DNA of 60,507 bases, filler included, from Hausera hauseri (lineage: Eukaryota): assembly GCA_046269625.1 (NCBI GenBank). It is 12 parts of 12 records of this genome, joined end to end, with 100 filler letters (N's around TTAATTAATTAA, not from the genome) between each part and the next. Parts side by side here need not be neighbours in the genome. Positions count along the whole stretch, not along the records: positions 55,543 to 60,507 come from JBJURY010375702.1; 11 more parts are not named here. One strand, written 5' to 3'. The position numbers were made by a program, and so were the translations under genes. Positions 56,898-60,507 of the stretch are shown here, in pieces; the stretch's first letter is position 1; the number at the start of each line of letters is the position of its first letter. The notes under the pieces are model-generated. The model made no database searches. It was not told where the DNA came from and was given only the letters and a program-made list of their open reading frames with translations.

Positions 56898-59800
56898 TCC
56901 GAACGACGTATAAATACGTCAACGAACGAATAGAGAAACACACGAAATAATTTTAACATAATTTGACGGTCGAAGTATTTGACAGAGAAATTTATTTCAA
57001 CGAAACTACTTGATCAGTATACAAGGATCCAGACGTTAATTGCTGAATCGAAGACTACCAATTGCTCGAAGAATTTGACAAGGATTCCGATTATACATCT
57101 CGAATATATTTTCTGAATTGATTAATAACTATGAACTCAAACGCCTCCCCAAATGCTAACATGATGGAAAATGACGAACCTCAAGGAGTAAATGCAAGTG
57201 GTAATATTCAAGGTGATGAGACTCGAGTATATGACATGAGTGAGACTTACGAGTCAACAAATGGTAAATGTTAATTTATTTGTGGTGTCGACTGATTATT
57301 CCCTATCAGCTATTATATGTAAATGAATATTGTATGTTTTGTTTTGAGAATAAAATCTTTTGAAAGATAAATTAAATCAATAAATTTAAACTGTCGACGA
57401 TTGGCCGAATGGCGGGAGGCCTGAATCCGGATGGTGATAGGAAACGAAGACCGACAAAAATGAATCCATGGAATTCGGTTGCTAAAACAACGGGTGATGT
57501 TTGTAATAAAGTATTGTCTAATTCATTTAATTATTGAACTTCGCAACGTAATAAAACTTTAAATTAAGTATTGGGGTTCTTGATAAATACCCGTTAAAGA
57601 GGATCCAATGGGACATGTGGTGATGTCATAACGAAATATGAGTGAGTTTTTGGAAACCCGGGGAGTATCGGTAAACGAATGTGATGGGACTTGGAAACAA
57701 AATTTTGAAATAACACGCGAGTTATCAGTAACACCCTACAAACTCCACTAAAACCGACCGGTTGACTTGATTTGGTAACTTATGCAGTTCCAATTTAGAA
57801 GCTATTGATGATTGATTGAATTTGTCAAACCATGGGGGTATAAAATCTGGATGGGGAAAAGAAGTGAAGATAAATTTGTAGAACTCGATTACGCTGAAAG
57901 ATGAATAAATTAGTGAGTCTAACTTGTCTGATTATTGAATTTTCATATCGTGGTAAAACGTTAAAGTAAGTTTGGGGTAAATGCACAGTAAATTGAATCT
58001 AATGGGACGCCGCCATGTGACCAGCAATATCCTGTGAATGACACTGAGTCCTGACGAGTCGACTCAATCTGGCGGTTTTGGGAAATTTAATTTAAAAAAT
58101 TTTATTGTTGATTTATTGTTGTGAATGGTGCCCCTGTCGAGTTGACTTGTGTATATTTAATTTAATAAAATTTAGTTAACCGTTTTAAAAATGGATTTGA
58201 GTAATTTTATTGTGATACGGATATTATTGTTGTAAATTGTACCATCACAAGGTTATAAGTAGTTAATTTTGTTAGTAATAGACTTAATATGCGCGATTGT
58301 ATGCAGAGATTTAGTAGAATGGAGGTGAATATAATTTTAAGTCTGAAGTCAATATTGTCGTTTTTCCCGGATAGCAACGTTGTTATTACTAAACTGATTT
58401 CCTTTTATTAGTTGTTCATTGGTTATATCATTAGTCAACAGATATTATGTTCACATTGATTACTTAGAAAAGTATGCAGTAGTGGCTGTGATCCTTCTGC
58501 CCTATTTTCATTTGCCGTGCTTTAAACGATATTTAACAATTAAGCTAAAAAATATTTGTCACTAGTGTGGATGTCATTCTTTTACTCCATGGCAACGGAA
58601 TTATGATTTTTATCAGAAGGAAAATATAATTTTTATCAAGGAGGAAAATTTGGGGTCTCACATTTTTGTGGATTTGCTGGAAAGGAATTAGCTGACTTTC
58701 ATAATCGTAATACGAAGCTTTGCTGTGATAGAGATGAGAATTAACCGACGATCATGAGAGACAATGGAACATGAGACTGCTGTGTTATGTTGTGAGAAAA
58801 TTTCGTGGGGAGCACGTGAAATGTTTGGGAAATCTTGGGTGTTTTTGAAAGGATGGGTTTGAAGAAATAGTCGATCATATCGATTATTGTGTTAGTATTT
58901 GAAATAGTTGCCCATATTCATTATCATCAATGCTCGAAATAGTTGACCCCTTTGATTATTGTTATCAATATTGCGCTAAACATACGAGAGAGTATGCAAA
59001 TGAAGTACAATGGAAGGGTTGTAAGAAACAGGACTAATGAACTCACAAGCCCAGATCATGAGACTAGTGAAGAAATTATGGTTAAATAACAAGAAGAAGT
59101 GAATGTATTTCTCAGCAAATGTGGGTACCCTAAATTTTTATATGTTGTGACGAGCTAAAGGTCCAAAGACGACCCCTGTACCAACATATAAACTGCGTGT
59201 TTACCCCGCGTGGAATTTTAGGTCAGGTCACTGAGGTTGAAACGGTGATAACTACGCCATGTTCATCATAGAAACGAATTGGTCGAACTCGACGAAAGTA
59301 TACCACGATGGCAGACTCTCTGATATCCGAAAGTCCCGAGTCCGCTTGATAGATTTGAACGAGATAGTGGGCAATGACTGAGTCATGAATATTATGTCTT
59401 TTTCAGGTGGTACCCGCGCGTGTAATTTTACTAATAATCGTGCCGTGAATTATAGAGTAGTAATAAAAAGGGTTTACTGTAATTTGGTTTTTATATTCAT
59501 AAAAATCTTACATGTAGCGCATACTGGTGGATAGATAATTGTGTGGGAGTATCCTTCATGTACTTGGGATTTCTTTAATCTTTTATTGAAAAGAAGAAGA
59601 TAAGTATTGGAAGTAGAGGTCCACATTTTTGTATATCCGAACAATGGAGCGATGCACATATTGTAAAGAGCGAGTTCAAACTGTACGATCCGACGAGAAA
59701 ACCGACAATCACTGAATGTAAATTGAGATGTTTTTTATTTTGAAAAGTATGCTTCATGTTGGTCGAAAATGTTCCCGTAAAAATCTGTCAATTGATCATA

Positions 59801-60507
59801 GTGACACAAATGATCATAAAAAACGAGGAGAAGGTCCATCTGTAATATACAACGATCGATTAAACGGAAATAAGTTACAGTAATTACAAGCATAGGTGCT
59901 GATAGGCAGGTGTAATCCGGTGAACTTTGAATGTGTGCGTACATGTAGTCGTAATGCGAAAGTTTTAAGATATTAGCAAGCATTCGATAAAGTCTACTTT
60001 GGTTAAAATTAAAGCGTGTGCTACCTCGAGTAAATGAGAAGTAAACGATCATTTGGGGGTAAACTGGTTAAAACGCAGATTAGAATGCGTAGTTTGTTCT
60101 CAGTGCGGTCTGCGGGAAAAAACGACGAATATATTGTTAAATTATATACGCGATGATGGAGACACAGTACCATCATGTGAAAACAAAATTGAGTGACTAA
60201 ATTTTCAGAATACTATTGTCCTTGGTTGGAATCGAATAAAATACCATACATTGTGAGTCCATATCCTTAGTTGGAATCGAACTAAATACCATACCTTGTT
60301 TCGGAATTAATTTTGAAAGGCTGAAGATGAAGGAAAAAATGGATCAAGTATGTAATGCCGATATGCCTAACTACGAAGATTACGTAACTTCTTGTTATAT
60401 GTCCAATAATCAAAGGCGCAGGTATTTTACATACCGAACCGCCCTCGGACTTGCCCTTCAGGTTCAATCAAAATATTTATATGTTACTATGAGGTCCTAT
60501 GAAGCCG

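Noticed and set aside
58045-58067. Hammerhead-like CTGACGA within TGAGTC...GACTCA
   Set aside because: No GAAA after a stem II and no stem III; only a small palindrome.

Overview
This window is not one locus. It is 12 short contigs (about 4-7.5 kb each) joined by artificial 100-bp linkers (N44-TTAATTAATTAA-N44), so adjacency across linkers is not evidence. The DNA is AT-rich, repeat-dominated and eukaryotic. It most likely comes from an invertebrate with very short introns: one coiled-coil plus MATH/TRAF gene has 41-50 nt introns. Some patches resemble teleost repeats, which could be host DNA or horizontal transfer. Contents: three decayed copies of a CsRN1/Kabuki-like Ty3/gypsy lineage; a gypsy 5' end (LTR, PBS, CCHC gag); a gypsy pol directly preceded by a chuvirus-type (class III, gB-like) fusion glycoprotein gene; a mariner pseudogene; a Tx1/L1-type fragment; Penelope-like inverted repeats with hammerhead cores; tRNA/5S-derived fragments; a 68-bp satellite; and several clusters of decayed intronless ORFans. 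Three observations stand out. (1) Two divergent CsRN1-like elements both place a ubiquitin-like domain ending in RLKGG or HIRGG immediately before the Gag capsid domain. (2) The same lineage appears to have miniature 81-bp and 30-bp LTRs. (3) One gypsy element has the order env-protease-RT, with PTAP and LYPx3L late-domain motifs in the linker. All family assignments come from manual translation and motif recognition; no searches were run.
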